Source: an uncultured Alphaproteobacteria bacterium (GTDB lineage: Bacteria; Pseudomonadota; Alphaproteobacteria; Micavibrionales; Micavibrionaceae). From it: DNA of 64,000 bases. Positions 18,367-28,479 of the stretch are shown one piece after another. The notes under the pieces are model-generated. The model did no database searches. It was not told the origin of the DNA and was given only the letters and a program-made list of their open reading frames with translations. The position numbers and the translations under genes were made by a program. The stretch is taken from the NCBI GenBank assembly GCA_937923625.1, contig CALDTV010000003.1, positions 59,845 through 123,844 on the forward strand, given 5' to 3'. Every line of letters begins with the position of its first letter. Position 1 is the stretch's first letter.

Positions 18367-20763
18367 ATGAACAAATCAGTTGAAGTCACCTATGAAGAAG
18401 CCCTAAAAATTGCTCAGCAACACCATCAAGCTGGAAACCTTACATTGGCGGATGCCACTTATAGGGATATTCTAAATGTTAACCCCGAAGATTACCCTAG
18501 CCTTCACTACCTTGGGATCATCTCTTATCAACGTGGCAGTATCGAGGAAAGCCTTGCTTACATGCAAAAGGCCACTGAAGTGAACGATAACGCCCCTGAA
18601 AGCTGGAACATGTATGGCGTATTTTTATCCGAATCAGGACAAAGAGAAGAAGCCTGCAAAGCTTATGAAAAAGCGATTGCGCTTCAACCAGATTTAGCCG
18701 AGGCCTATGGCAACATGGCAAACACGCTGTGGTTTATGCGCGAATATCAAAAGAGCAAAGAAGCCGCCTTAAAGGGAATCGAAATTAACGCTAATTACGC
18801 CGATGGCTATGTGAATTTAGGAACGGCGCAATTTGCGCTTGGCGAGGAAGAAGATTCTATAAACTCTTGGAAGAAAGCGCTTGAGCTTAACCCACAACAT
18901 GTTCACGCGCATATCAACTTGGCAAATGCTTATACTGAACAAGGCGCACTAAAAAAATCAAAAGAGCATTGTGAAAAAGCATTAGAAATTTGGCCCGATA
19001 ATCCTGATGCCTTACTCAATTTAGGAAACGTCTATAAAGGCATGCTTATGCTAGAAGAGGCAGAAGAACATTATAAAAAAGTTGTCTCTCTTCGTCCTGA
19101 TTCTATTGATGCGCACAATAATTTAGCACTCACTTATATGGATTCGCATCGCTTTGCCGAAGCCGTTACCGAATCAAAATACGTTATTGCTTTTGACCCC
19201 AAAAATACAAAAGCGCTCGGCAATATGTCTGTCTGCCTAAAAGAATTAGGCGATATCCCCGAAGCTGAAAAAGCAGCAAGGAAAGCTCTCTCGCTAGATC
19301 CTGATTCTGCCGCTGCACGGATTGATTTGGCCGACATATTACTTGCCGCAGATCATTTAGAAGAGGCAAAGTCTCTTTTAGAAGAAGCGCTAGAGCTAGA
19401 ACCTGATTCTGTGCCTACATATATAAGACTCAGTAACGTTATGGAGCGGGTAAACGATATCGACGCCGCTTTGGAGGCGGCAGAAAAAGCATTAGAGCTT
19501 AGCGATGAAATGCCTGAAGTTTACCATCGTTTGGCGCAGATATATTTTATGAGCAACCAAATCGAACTATCGCTTGAGTCTCTAGACAAAGCTTTGGCCA
19601 TAAAAGAAACCTATCCTGCGGCGTTGGCAACAAAGTCAGAAATTCTTCAATCGCATGGAGATATGGAAGGCGCAAGGGAAGAAATTGAAAAAGCTATTGC
19701 CCTTAATCCTGATATCCCTTCGCTTTACTTCACATTAAGTAAAGTCAAAAAATTTACGCCAGATGATAAAGATTTCTTAAAAATGAAAGAAATTGTCGCA
19801 CAAGACAAAGCGATTGGTAAGGCACAAACAGCCTCTTTAAATTTTGCTTTATTCAAGGCACATGAAGACATTAAAGATTACGGCTCTAGTTTCGGCTATT
19901 TAAAAACAGCCAATGATAGTAAACGTTCAATGGTTTTCCTTGATTTAGATTCACAGATCACCTTGCATGAACAAGTCAAAAAGAAATATACAAAAGAATT
20001 CATCAATAGCTTTGAAGGCAAAGGCACTCAAGATGACACCCCTATTTTTATTGTGGGTATGCCACGTTCAGGAACAACCCTGACGGAGCAAATTATTTCT
20101 TCCCATCCAGATGTTTTTGGTGCGGGTGAGCTTTATACGCTTTCTATGGTTGAAAAAGAATTTGGCGGTGAAATTACCCCTGAGAACTGTAAAATAATGG
20201 GCGATAGATATATTGATCTTGCACGATCCATTGATGACGAAAGCATGAAAGCGCGTAAAATTACCGATAAAATGCCCGCGAACTATATTCGTTTAGGGCA
20301 AATTGTTGCCTCTATGCCCAATGCAAAAATCATTCATTGTCGCCGCAACCCTGTTGATACGTGTCTTTCTTGTTACAAACAACATTTCGCGCATGGCCAT
20401 TATTGGTCTTACAGCCTCAATGAAATGGCTAGATATTACGAAACATATTTTAACATGATGCAATATTGGCGCGACACTATTGGCGATCGCTTTATTGAGG
20501 TTGATTATGAAGACACCGTTGGTGATTTCGAAAACCAAGCCCGTCGCCTGCTGGATTATGCAGGGCTAGAATGGCACGATGCCTGTTTAACGCCGCATAA
20601 AACAAAGCGCTCCGTGCTTACAGCAAGTAAAGGTCAAGTCCGCAAGCCAATCTATAAAACATCCGTTGAAGCGTGGAGACGTTATGAAGATGACTTATCT
20701 GACTTCGCCAAAAAGCTAGAACCGTTTAATCAACGGGAGATTTTAGGCAAGGCATCAAGGTAA
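18367..20763 (+). CDS. TPR-repeat protein with a C-terminal sulfotransferase domain
   Basis: 798 aa. N-terminal 500 aa of repeated TPR motifs (A..YxxALxLxPD...A..NLG). C-terminal domain carries a PAPS-binding-like 5'-PSB loop (IVGMPRSGTTLTEQI) and an RNP...C..H downstream motif typical of the sulfotransferase family. Confidence 0.78.
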   Translation: MNKSVEVTYEEALKIAQQHHQAGNLTLADATYRDILNVNPEDYPSLHYLGIISYQRGSIEESLAYMQKATEVNDNAPESWNMYGVFLSESGQREEACKAYEKAIALQPDLAEAYGNMANTLWFMREYQKSKEAALKGIEINANYADGYVNLGTAQFALGEEEDSINSWKKALELNPQHVHAHINLANAYTEQGALKKSKEHCEKALEIWPDNPDALLNLGNVYKGMLMLEEAEEHYKKVVSLRPDSIDAHNNLALTYMDSHRFAEAVTESKYVIAFDPKNTKALGNMSVCLKELGDIPEAEKAARKALSLDPDSAAARIDLADILLAADHLEEAKSLLEEALELEPDSVPTYIRLSNVMERVNDIDAALEAAEKALELSDEMPEVYHRLAQIYFMSNQIELSLESLDKALAIKETYPAALATKSEILQSHGDMEGAREEIEKAIALNPDIPSLYFTLSKVKKFTPDDKDFLKMKEIVAQDKAIGKAQTASLNFALFKAHEDIKDYGSSFGYLKTANDSKRSMVFLDLDSQITLHEQVKKKYTKEFINSFEGKGTQDDTPIFIVGMPRSGTTLTEQIISSHPDVFGAGELYTLSMVEKEFGGEITPENCKIMGDRYIDLARSIDDESMKARKITDKMPANYIRLGQIVASMPNAKIIHCRRNPVDTCLSCYKQHFAHGHYWSYSLNEMARYYETYFNMMQYWRDTIGDRFIEVDYEDTVGDFENQARRLLDYAGLEWHDACLTPHKTKRSVLTASKGQVRKPIYKTSVEAWRRYEDDLSDFAKKLEPFNQREILGKASR

Positions 20764-20771
20764 AGCAGCCT

Positions 20772-21692
20772 TTAAAGCCTTTTAGCTTTTTTATCCTGCC
20801 GCGTGAAATACCATTGTGCGGCAGGCACATAAATACACCAAACAAGCTCACTGATAACAATAAAGAACGTTGTTTGCGGGCTAAAATATAAAAATGCCAA
20901 GCCTATCGCTAAACCATTATTCATCGCCCCTGATGCATAGATATAAGCACTGCGTTGATCATGTGGCACGAACCTAGAGTACACGTAGCCAAATAAATAA
21001 AAGAAGAAAAATAGAACGAACATAATAAGCGTGCCGTTAATCAAATCTTCCCAATTCTCTATAAGTTGCTCTTTGTAAGACGCCATAATAATCATCAACA
21101 CAAGCGCAATTGATATGACAGAAATCGCCTTCCCCCAGCTTAAAACAAATTGTTTTGCAGGCTTAATATTTTCAATCAAAACAAAATAAATAGCGAGCGG
21201 CACAAATAATACAACAACAAGCGTCATAAATAATTTAAGAATATTTACTTCAACAACATACCCTAAAAACGAAAAAACAGCCGGAATAAATGCCGTAATT
21301 AAAATGCTGGAAAACACCGTTAAACTAATCCCAAGGGCTGTTTTTCCATGACTTATTGAACAAAGCGATGCCACAACAATTGCGGCAGGCATAAGGCCCA
21401 ACAAAAGAACCCCTATCGCATAATCGGGCCAAAGAACCGTTGATAAGTAATATAAAAAGATGGGAAACACGGCATAACGAAGCAGGCTGAATAACCCCAC
21501 TTGGAAAATATCAATCTCTCCAAGGTCTTCGCGTTTGATACTTGCCGATGCTAACAACACTTGCCCCGCAAGTAACAAAATAATTGCGATATCGGCGTGC
21601 GCGCCTGGGTTGGGAATAAAAAAACCCAAAACCGCCCCTAAAATCAAAATAATCGGAAAGTTATTTTCGATAGTCGTTTTAATCATATTCAT
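20772..21692 (-). CDS. bile acid:sodium symporter (BASS/SBF)-family transporter, paralog 1
   Basis: Polytopic, about 306 aa from the internal ATG (MNMIKTTIENNF...). Conserved LMPAAIVVASLCSIS and SGAMNNGLAIGLAFLYF motifs are shared with the upstream paralog. Confidence 0.6.
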   Translation of the reverse strand: MNMIKTTIENNFPIILILGAVLGFFIPNPGAHADIAIILLLAGQVLLASASIKREDLGEIDIFQVGLFSLLRYAVFPIFLYYLSTVLWPDYAIGVLLLGLMPAAIVVASLCSISHGKTALGISLTVFSSILITAFIPAVFSFLGYVVEVNILKLFMTLVVVLFVPLAIYFVLIENIKPAKQFVLSWGKAISVISIALVLMIIMASYKEQLIENWEDLINGTLIMFVLFFFFYLFGYVYSRFVPHDQRSAYIYASGAMNNGLAIGLAFLYFSPQTTFFIVISELVWCIYVPAAQWYFTRQDKKAKRL

Positions 21693-21700
21693 TCCCCAGT

Positions 21701-22609
21701 TTAAACTCTTCCACGGCGTGCAAAATACCATTGCCCTACAACAACATAAATACTCCACACAATTTCACTTAAGACAATAAATAACGTTGTTGCCGCGTCA
21801 AAATAAGCAAATGCTAACCCTACCGCTAAAGAATTATTCATCGCACCAGAGCCATAAATATAAGAAATTTTCTGATCTACTGGAACAAAGCGAGAGAACA
21901 CAATACCAAAAACATAAAACAGCCCAATCAAAACTGTCATCACAATCATGCCTTCAACAATCAAGCTTGGCTGCGCGAGAAACTCTTCTTTTTGCGTTGC
22001 CATCAAAATCATCAGAATAACGGACAATATAATAATGGAAGCTGATTTATTTGTGTTTTTTACAACTGCCTCAATTTTATGCCTTTTATAAACAATCAAA
22101 AAATAGGCGCAAATAGGGAGCAAAACCACATATACCAATGTGAGAAAAAGGCTCAGAATATCGACATTTACAACCTGCCCCAAAAATAAAAAGACACTTG
22201 GCACAAAGGCCGGCGCAAGCAGGCTCGACATGATCGTTAAACTTAAACCAACCACGACGTTTGCACGACTCATTGAGCATAAAGATGCCACCGCCACGCC
22301 CGCAGGCATCAACGCCATTAACAAAACACCCAATGCAAAATCAGGCACAGTTTTTTGTGCCACGAAAAACAACACAAGCGGAAAAATCGCAAAGCGCAAA
22401 AGCGTAAAGACACCTGTTTGAAAAATATCAACCTTAAAAAAATCAACTGGCTTAATATCAGCGCAAGCAAAGAAAATGAGCGCCCCTGTCAAAAAGATAA
22501 CAATTTCATCCGCATTATCGCCAAAGCTTGGGATGAAAAATCCAACGACAACACCTAATAACAAAAGAAGTGAAAAATTATTCTCAATCATTCTTTTTAA
22601 ATTTGTCAT
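21701..22609 (-). CDS. BASS/SBF-family transporter, paralog 2
   Basis: 302 aa, collinear similarity to 20772..21692 (LMPAGVAVASLCSMS; SGAMNNSLAVGLAFAYF). Confidence 0.6.
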   Translation of the reverse strand: MTNLKRMIENNFSLLLLLGVVVGFFIPSFGDNADEIVIFLTGALIFFACADIKPVDFFKVDIFQTGVFTLLRFAIFPLVLFFVAQKTVPDFALGVLLMALMPAGVAVASLCSMSRANVVVGLSLTIMSSLLAPAFVPSVFLFLGQVVNVDILSLFLTLVYVVLLPICAYFLIVYKRHKIEAVVKNTNKSASIIILSVILMILMATQKEEFLAQPSLIVEGMIVMTVLIGLFYVFGIVFSRFVPVDQKISYIYGSGAMNNSLAVGLAFAYFDAATTLFIVLSEIVWSIYVVVGQWYFARRGRV

Positions 22610-22613
22610 TTTG

Positions 22614-24434
22614 CTACCCCGTTAATTGCTGCTGCGTGTCATTAATTGCATTTATGCCGTCTATTACATGAAATTCGACACTTGTGCGCCCTTGCCAGTG
22701 ATTTAATTGAAACTGCCCCGCTAGATGAAACGGCGTGACACGGTAATTCTTCATCAGCATATCACCGAGCGGCGTACCAACACCACCAAAAAACATCGCT
22801 TTCATGCGGCTTCCCCCTTCCGCATCACTTATCATCAAGCGAATATGCTTTTCCTTTAACACATTAACATCAAAAACTCGCACGCCAGATAAAGCAAAAA
22901 TGGGTTCCACATTACCAATCCCAAACGGGCCTACGTTATTATTTAGCAAGTGAATAAAATCTGGCTTTGCGCCACGCACCGTTGCTATGGCATCAATATG
23001 AAGCGGTTCAATAACATCGCGCGTCATTTTCAAATCGCGAATATATTGCGCAATATAATCTTTAAACGCGGTCAAATTATCGGGCAGTACCGTAAATCCA
23101 CCCGCCATGGCGTGTCCGCCACCTTTTTCAATAACCCCGTCGTTCTTAGCAGAAATAAAAATATCCGCCATATTCACACCTTTGATAGAACGACCAGAGC
23201 CACGTCCTTCTATGACACCGCCGCCAATATCTGTGTACGTCACAACGATGGCTGGTTTATTATATTTTCGCACCAATTGCCCCGCGACCAAACCGCTCAA
23301 ACCTGGGTGAAAATCCTCATCATCTACCATGATAAAATCACCGTAATCGCCGCCCAAAAATTCAACTTTATTTTGCGCGTTTTGCATCATTTTTGTTTGA
23401 ATGGCGCGGCGCTCGCGATTGCAATCTTCTAATGCCCACGCAATAGATTGCGCCTCTTCCACATCATCCGTAGAGAGCAGCTTTGCCCCAAGGTCAGAAC
23501 GATGCACACGCGATCCCGCGTTAATACGTGGCCCCATACACCATCCCGCATCTTTTGGATCAGGTAAATTTTCAATCTTACCCACCAAACAAAGGGCATT
23601 AATTCCTTCGTTATTCTTATGACGCATTTGGTCAAAGCCAATTTTTACGAACAAGCGATTAACCCCTGTCAACGGCACCATGTCACAAACTGTGCCAAGC
23701 CCGACCAAATCAAGCCAAGATTTAAGCGGTGCTTCTGTGCGTCCTTCTTCTTTAAAATAACCTTTGGCACGTAAGGCTTTGTTTATTGCCACACAAACCA
23801 TAAAGCACACACCGCACGCCGCTAACATATCCAAACCCGATTCATCGTCATGCCGTTTTGGATTTATAATATGCCAAGCCATTGGCAATTTATCTTCTGG
23901 CTCGTGGTGATCAAACACACAGACTTTCAAGCCCATATCATGCGCGGCCTGTAAGGAATCAAACGCAGTGATACCACAATCCGCCATTAAAATTATTTCC
24001 GCCCCCTGCTCTTTTAAGCTTTGCATCGCTTCCGCGCTAGGACCATAGCCTTCGGTTAATCTATCAGGGATATAAACAGGCGGCGTGATATCAAGATGAC
24101 GCAAAAATCGCGTTAAAATAGCGGACGATGTTGCGCCATCAACATCAAAATCGGCGAAAATGCCTATCGGCGTTTTATTAATGATGGCATCTGCCAAATT
24201 ATTCGCAAAATCATCCATTCCCGCCATGCTAAATGGATCAGGGAAATTATCGCGTAGAGTTGGGTTTAAAAATCCTTGCACATCTTCGGGATCAACCCCG
24301 CGTTGCACCAAAAGCCGCGCCACAAATTCTGGCAGATCATTATTTTGAACAAGCCGCGTAACAATATCATCATCCGCAGAAACAAATTTCCAACGTTTAT
24401 TCTCTAATGATTTTTCAACATTTAAGGCGCACAT
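22614..24434 (-). CDS. recJ: single-stranded-DNA-specific exonuclease RecJ
   Basis: DHH-family motifs (FADFDVDGATS; VCVFDHHEP), DHHA1 region GGGHAMAGG, C-terminal OB-fold region; 606 aa. Confidence 0.88.
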   Translation of the reverse strand: MCALNVEKSLENKRWKFVSADDDIVTRLVQNNDLPEFVARLLVQRGVDPEDVQGFLNPTLRDNFPDPFSMAGMDDFANNLADAIINKTPIGIFADFDVDGATSSAILTRFLRHLDITPPVYIPDRLTEGYGPSAEAMQSLKEQGAEIILMADCGITAFDSLQAAHDMGLKVCVFDHHEPEDKLPMAWHIINPKRHDDESGLDMLAACGVCFMVCVAINKALRAKGYFKEEGRTEAPLKSWLDLVGLGTVCDMVPLTGVNRLFVKIGFDQMRHKNNEGINALCLVGKIENLPDPKDAGWCMGPRINAGSRVHRSDLGAKLLSTDDVEEAQSIAWALEDCNRERRAIQTKMMQNAQNKVEFLGGDYGDFIMVDDEDFHPGLSGLVAGQLVRKYNKPAIVVTYTDIGGGVIEGRGSGRSIKGVNMADIFISAKNDGVIEKGGGHAMAGGFTVLPDNLTAFKDYIAQYIRDLKMTRDVIEPLHIDAIATVRGAKPDFIHLLNNNVGPFGIGNVEPIFALSGVRVFDVNVLKEKHIRLMISDAEGGSRMKAMFFGGVGTPLGDMLMKNYRVTPFHLAGQFQLNHWQGRTSVEFHVIDGINAINDTQQQLTG

Positions 24435-24537
24435 GTTCGTTTCTCTTTTTTATCGCGAAGACGCGAAGGAAAATTATAAAAACACCGTTTTCTTCGTGGC
24501 TCAATATTTTAACCGCTCATAAACACAAATCAAAACA

Positions 24538-24646
24538 CCGTCATTGTGAAGCTAAATTTATTTGGACGAAGCAATCCAGAAAAACTCCCTCACATCTCTG
24601 AATCCCCCTAGATTGCCGCAGTCACTAACGCTCCTTCGCAATGACG
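24538..24646. repeat. roughly 105 bp structured intergenic repeat, copy A (terminal inverted repeats CGTCATTGYGARG)
   Basis: Shares collinear blocks with 57826..57921: aacacCGTCATTGtGAaG ... CGAAGCAATCcAGA ... GATTGCCGCAGTC.CTAA.GCTCCTTCGCAaTgAC. Confidence 0.55.
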
Positions 24647-24658
24647 TTTAATTTTGGT

Positions 24659-25681
24659 CTACTCATCACTTGGCGTGAACCCAGTCTTACGGGTGAAATT
24701 ATGCGTGCTTTTTACGTGGCGCACGGTGCCTGATTTTGATCGCATTACGATAGAATGGGTTGTCGCCCCGCCCCCATAACGGCGGACACCTTGCAGGATA
24801 TTACCGTTTGTCACACCTGTTGCGGCAAACATAACATTGTCAGGCTTGGCTAAATCATCCGTCGCATAGATGCGGTCATAATCTGTAATGCCCCATTTAT
24901 CAGCGCGAGCTTTTTCATCATCATTGCGAAAGACTAAACGCCCCAACATCGCGCCACCAACGCATTGAAGCGCGGCCGCTGCCAAAACGCCTTCGGGCGC
25001 ACCGCCAGTGCCGACATAAAGATCAACACCCGTTTCGGGTTCTGTCGTCGCGATAATCGCGCTCACATCGTTATCGCCAATAAGCGATATACGCGCACCA
25101 GCATCGCGCACGCCTTGGATAATGTCATCATGGCGCGGACGATCCAACACACAAACAAGGAGATCTTCAACTTGTGCGTTTTTTTCTTTTGCAATTTTTT
25201 GCAACACATCCGCAATAGGCGCATCAAGATCCAAAACATCAGGGGAAATTGACGGGCCAACCGCCATTTTTTGCATGTAAGTATCAGGCGCATTCAAGAA
25301 GCAATCTTTATCCGCCATTGCCATCACCGCGATAGAGTTCGTGCCGCCCTTCGCGGTGATTGTTGTGCCTTCTAAAGGGTCAAGCGCAATATCAATTTCA
25401 GGGCCCCCTGCGCCAACTTCTTCGCCAATATAAAGCATTGGCGCTTCGTCCCGCTCCCCTTCACCAATCACCACACGGCCAGAGATCGACATGGAGTTTA
25501 ACGCATCGCGCATGGCATCGACCGCTGCCGCATCTGCCGCTTTTTCATCACCGCGCCCTACAAGCCTTGATGCTGCGAGGGCCGCGGCTTCGGTTACGCG
25601 AACCGCTTCTAGCGCGATGTTCCGGTCCATCATATTCTTGGCAATCATATCTTGATTTTCTTGCATGCTGTTTACGGTCAT
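24659..25681 (-). CDS. glpX: class II fructose-1,6-bisphosphatase GlpX
   Basis: Strong collinear match to GlpX (ALEAVRVTEAAALAASRLVGRGDEKAADAAAVDAMR; GEGERDEAPMLYIGEEVG; DPLEGTT; FLNAPDTYMQK). Confidence 0.88.
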   Translation of the reverse strand: MTVNSMQENQDMIAKNMMDRNIALEAVRVTEAAALAASRLVGRGDEKAADAAAVDAMRDALNSMSISGRVVIGEGERDEAPMLYIGEEVGAGGPEIDIALDPLEGTTITAKGGTNSIAVMAMADKDCFLNAPDTYMQKMAVGPSISPDVLDLDAPIADVLQKIAKEKNAQVEDLLVCVLDRPRHDDIIQGVRDAGARISLIGDNDVSAIIATTEPETGVDLYVGTGGAPEGVLAAAALQCVGGAMLGRLVFRNDDEKARADKWGITDYDRIYATDDLAKPDNVMFAATGVTNGNILQGVRRYGGGATTHSIVMRSKSGTVRHVKSTHNFTRKTGFTPSDE

Positions 25682-25766
25682 GGGGGACTCTTTCTTTTTG
25701 ATTAAGCAGGGATTTAATTACCGCTCTTATTGATTAAAAATATTATCACATTATTTCGTAAAACGC

Positions 25767-27062
25767 CTATATGTCTTCTATACGTAAAAGGGTTGGCTTG
25801 TCTAGCACACAAGCTAAGCCCTCCACTATTTTCACGGCCTTTTGGATATCTGAAAATCTGGCTTCATGTGTCACAATCACAACGGAGGCACTGCCGTCAT
25901 CCTCATGACCACGTTGAATAAAGCTGTCAATCGATACATCGGCTTCTTTCAAACAAGCCGTAATATCGGCAATCACACCTGATTTATCCTCTGCTTTTAC
26001 GTGAATATAACACTGACAAGATAACACTTCCGCCCCTTGCCATTGCGCCGTGTTTAATTGCGCCGTTGGTACGCCAAAGATGAGGCGATTATTTCCACGC
26101 GCCAGATCAATAATATCTGCCAATATTGACGATGCTGTTGGCCCTTCACCTGCGCCACGACCTTCCATCATCGTTTGATCCACAAAATCACCATTGGTTT
26201 GTACCGCGTTAAAGACCCCTTCAACACCAGCAATCGCGCTTTTTGTTGAAACTAAACATGGCGCTATCGATTGCATCGCATTGCCATCTTGACTCAATCG
26301 CGCCATACCAATCAGCTTGATACGATAACCAAGATCATCTGCATAGCGAATATCTTTGGAAGTAATGTGGCGAATACCTTCTATATTCAGCGCGTCAAAA
26401 TCTGGCTTCACGCCGAACGCCAAAGCCCCCAACAAGACCAATTTATGCGCGGCATCAATCCCATCAACATCAAAGGTTGGATCCGCCTCCGCATAGCCTT
26501 TTTCCTGCGCTTCATCCAAAACATCTGCAAAATCACGTCCTGTTTCACGCATTTCAGTAAGGATGTAATTACAGGTTCCATTTAAAATGCCGTAAACGCT
26601 GTTGATTTTGTTTCCCGCCAAGCCTTCACGCAAAGATTTAATAATCGGAATGCCGCCCGCCACAGCAGCTTCATAGGCAATTGTCACATTATTATTTTCC
26701 GCCCGCTGCGCCAAATCATATCCATGATGCGCCAGCAGAGCTTTGTTCGCTGTCACAATATGTTTGCCATTATCAAGGGCGGTTTCAACAAAGCTTTTTA
26801 TCTCCCCATCTGATCCCCCCACCATTTCAATGACGGCATCAAGCCTTTGATCTTGCGCCATGTCTTCTAGGGAGTTTGCCCAATCATACGCGCTTATATC
26901 CACGCCACGGTCTTTAGCTTTGATTCCTGCGATCACCGATATAATTTCGATTGATCGCCCCGCCCGCGCAGCAATAACATCGGCATTTTGTTGTAACATT
27001 TTGATCACACCCACACCAACAGTGCCAAGGCCAGCCAATCCAATTTTAAAAGAGTCGCTCAT
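25767..27062 (-). CDS. hom: homoserine dehydrogenase
   Basis: N-terminal NAD-binding GLAGLGTVGVGV, catalytic domain and a C-terminal ACT domain; 431 aa. The hom-glpX-recJ order is typical of alphaproteobacteria. Confidence 0.88.
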   Translation of the reverse strand: MSDSFKIGLAGLGTVGVGVIKMLQQNADVIAARAGRSIEIISVIAGIKAKDRGVDISAYDWANSLEDMAQDQRLDAVIEMVGGSDGEIKSFVETALDNGKHIVTANKALLAHHGYDLAQRAENNNVTIAYEAAVAGGIPIIKSLREGLAGNKINSVYGILNGTCNYILTEMRETGRDFADVLDEAQEKGYAEADPTFDVDGIDAAHKLVLLGALAFGVKPDFDALNIEGIRHITSKDIRYADDLGYRIKLIGMARLSQDGNAMQSIAPCLVSTKSAIAGVEGVFNAVQTNGDFVDQTMMEGRGAGEGPTASSILADIIDLARGNNRLIFGVPTAQLNTAQWQGAEVLSCQCYIHVKAEDKSGVIADITACLKEADVSIDSFIQRGHEDDGSASVVIVTHEARFSDIQKAVKIVEGLACVLDKPTLLRIEDI

Positions 27063-27114
27063 ATGATTTTTACCGTTTAATTTTTAGCCCTTAGATTTTT
27101 TTACGTTAAAAATT

Positions 27115-27876
27115 TTAACGCTCACCCATGATGATATCAACGCGGCGATCTTGGGTGTCATTACCACTGGCTTTTGTTGCCCCCCAGCTCACTGTCTTGA
27201 TTTTTTCTGCAGGCACCCCATTTTTAATAAGTTGCTTTGAAACCGCTACTGATCTGTTTGCGGATTCTTTTAAATTTAATGTATGTGCCGTTGGGGAATT
27301 CGTGCCCGCTTGTGTTGGACGGCTTGCAAAGCCTTCAACTGTAATGCGGCTAACGGGAGCAAATTTAGCTTGTTCAGCAATTTGCGATAATTTTCTGAGA
27401 TCGCCGCTCCCTAAACGTGACGAACCATCACGAAAAAAAATATTATTCCCCCCACTTGCCGTCATGGACGATCCACCAAAATCACCGCCGATACCGATAT
27501 TGGACATTCCATTTTGAGACAGCGGCATTTGACCTCCATATTGTGGCATTGGCGCCCCACCATCCAATGGAAACACTGTCACAGAGGGATCATTTGTAAT
27601 CATCCCCCCCTGAAAAGCAGGCATGTTTACACCGCCAATAATTGAAGGCGGCCCGCCCAGTGGTAATGGTATAACAGAACCATTCACAGAAGGTATAACG
27701 CCGCCCGTAGGCGACCCAACAGGCGCAGGCACACCAGAAACATTTGAGAGATTGTCAGAGCTAACCGTGATGGCATCATCCTTTAAGAAGATATCATCAA
27801 CGGCCTGATGAAAAGAGGTGCAACCAGATAGAAAGCTTATGCCGACCATGCTTAATAATGTTATACGAAGAGTCAA
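27115..27876 (-). CDS. OmpA-family lipoprotein (peptidoglycan-binding C-terminal domain)
   Basis: Lipobox LSGC; Gly/Pro-rich low-complexity middle; C-terminal OmpA-like domain (TVEGFASR...NRSVAVSKQLIKNGVPAEKI...RRVDIIM). Confidence 0.72.
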   Translation of the reverse strand: MTLRITLLSMVGISFLSGCTSFHQAVDDIFLKDDAITVSSDNLSNVSGVPAPVGSPTGGVIPSVNGSVIPLPLGGPPSIIGGVNMPAFQGGMITNDPSVTVFPLDGGAPMPQYGGQMPLSQNGMSNIGIGGDFGGSSMTASGGNNIFFRDGSSRLGSGDLRKLSQIAEQAKFAPVSRITVEGFASRPTQAGTNSPTAHTLNLKESANRSVAVSKQLIKNGVPAEKIKTVSWGATKASGNDTQDRRVDIIMGER

Positions 27877-27972
27877 AATATTCTCCTACACTCTTGAAAT
27901 TATTGTAATTTTAATATGCGGCTATCCTGTCGTAAATAAAGCCCTTTTTCAAGTTTTCAATGATAAAAAGCG

Positions 27973-28479
27973 CTATTTATACTCTTTTGCAAGGCGCACG
28001 TAATTATCGGCAGAAATACTTAAAAAATCGGTTTCTTCAGGCGTTAAATCCCGCATGTAGCGCGCAGGGTTGCCGCCCCAAAGCTGACCAGAAGGAACGA
28101 CTTTGCGCGGCGTCACAACCGCCCCCGCCGCAACCATGGCGCCCGTCTCCATCAACACTTCATCAAGCAAAACCGCTCCCATGCCAATCAAGCAACGATC
28201 TTGTATGGTGCAGGCATGGATAATTGCGCCATGCCCAATCGTGACCTCATCCCCAATATAAGTGCCAGACAAACCACGTGTCACATGCACGACTGCATTA
28301 TCTTGAATATTCGTGCGTGCCCCTATCCGAATTTCATGCACATCCCCCCGCATCGCCGCGCCAAACCAAATGGAACTTTCCGTCCCAATATGGATATCAC
28401 CTGCAACGATGGCGATGTCCGCCACCCAAGCATTATCCGCGATTGTTGGTTGAATATCTTTATATTTTAAAATTGTCAT
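27973..28479 (-). CDS. gamma-class carbonic anhydrase-like hexapeptide-repeat protein (PaaY/CaiE/YrdA family)
   Basis: Left-handed beta-helix hexapeptide repeats with a His triad context (AVVHVTRG...IGHGAIIHAC). Start taken at the internal ATG (MTILKY), which overlaps the upstream stop as ATGA. Confidence 0.78.
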   Translation of the reverse strand: MTILKYKDIQPTIADNAWVADIAIVAGDIHIGTESSIWFGAAMRGDVHEIRIGARTNIQDNAVVHVTRGLSGTYIGDEVTIGHGAIIHACTIQDRCLIGMGAVLLDEVLMETGAMVAAGAVVTPRKVVPSGQLWGGNPARYMRDLTPEETDFLSISADNYVRLAKEYK

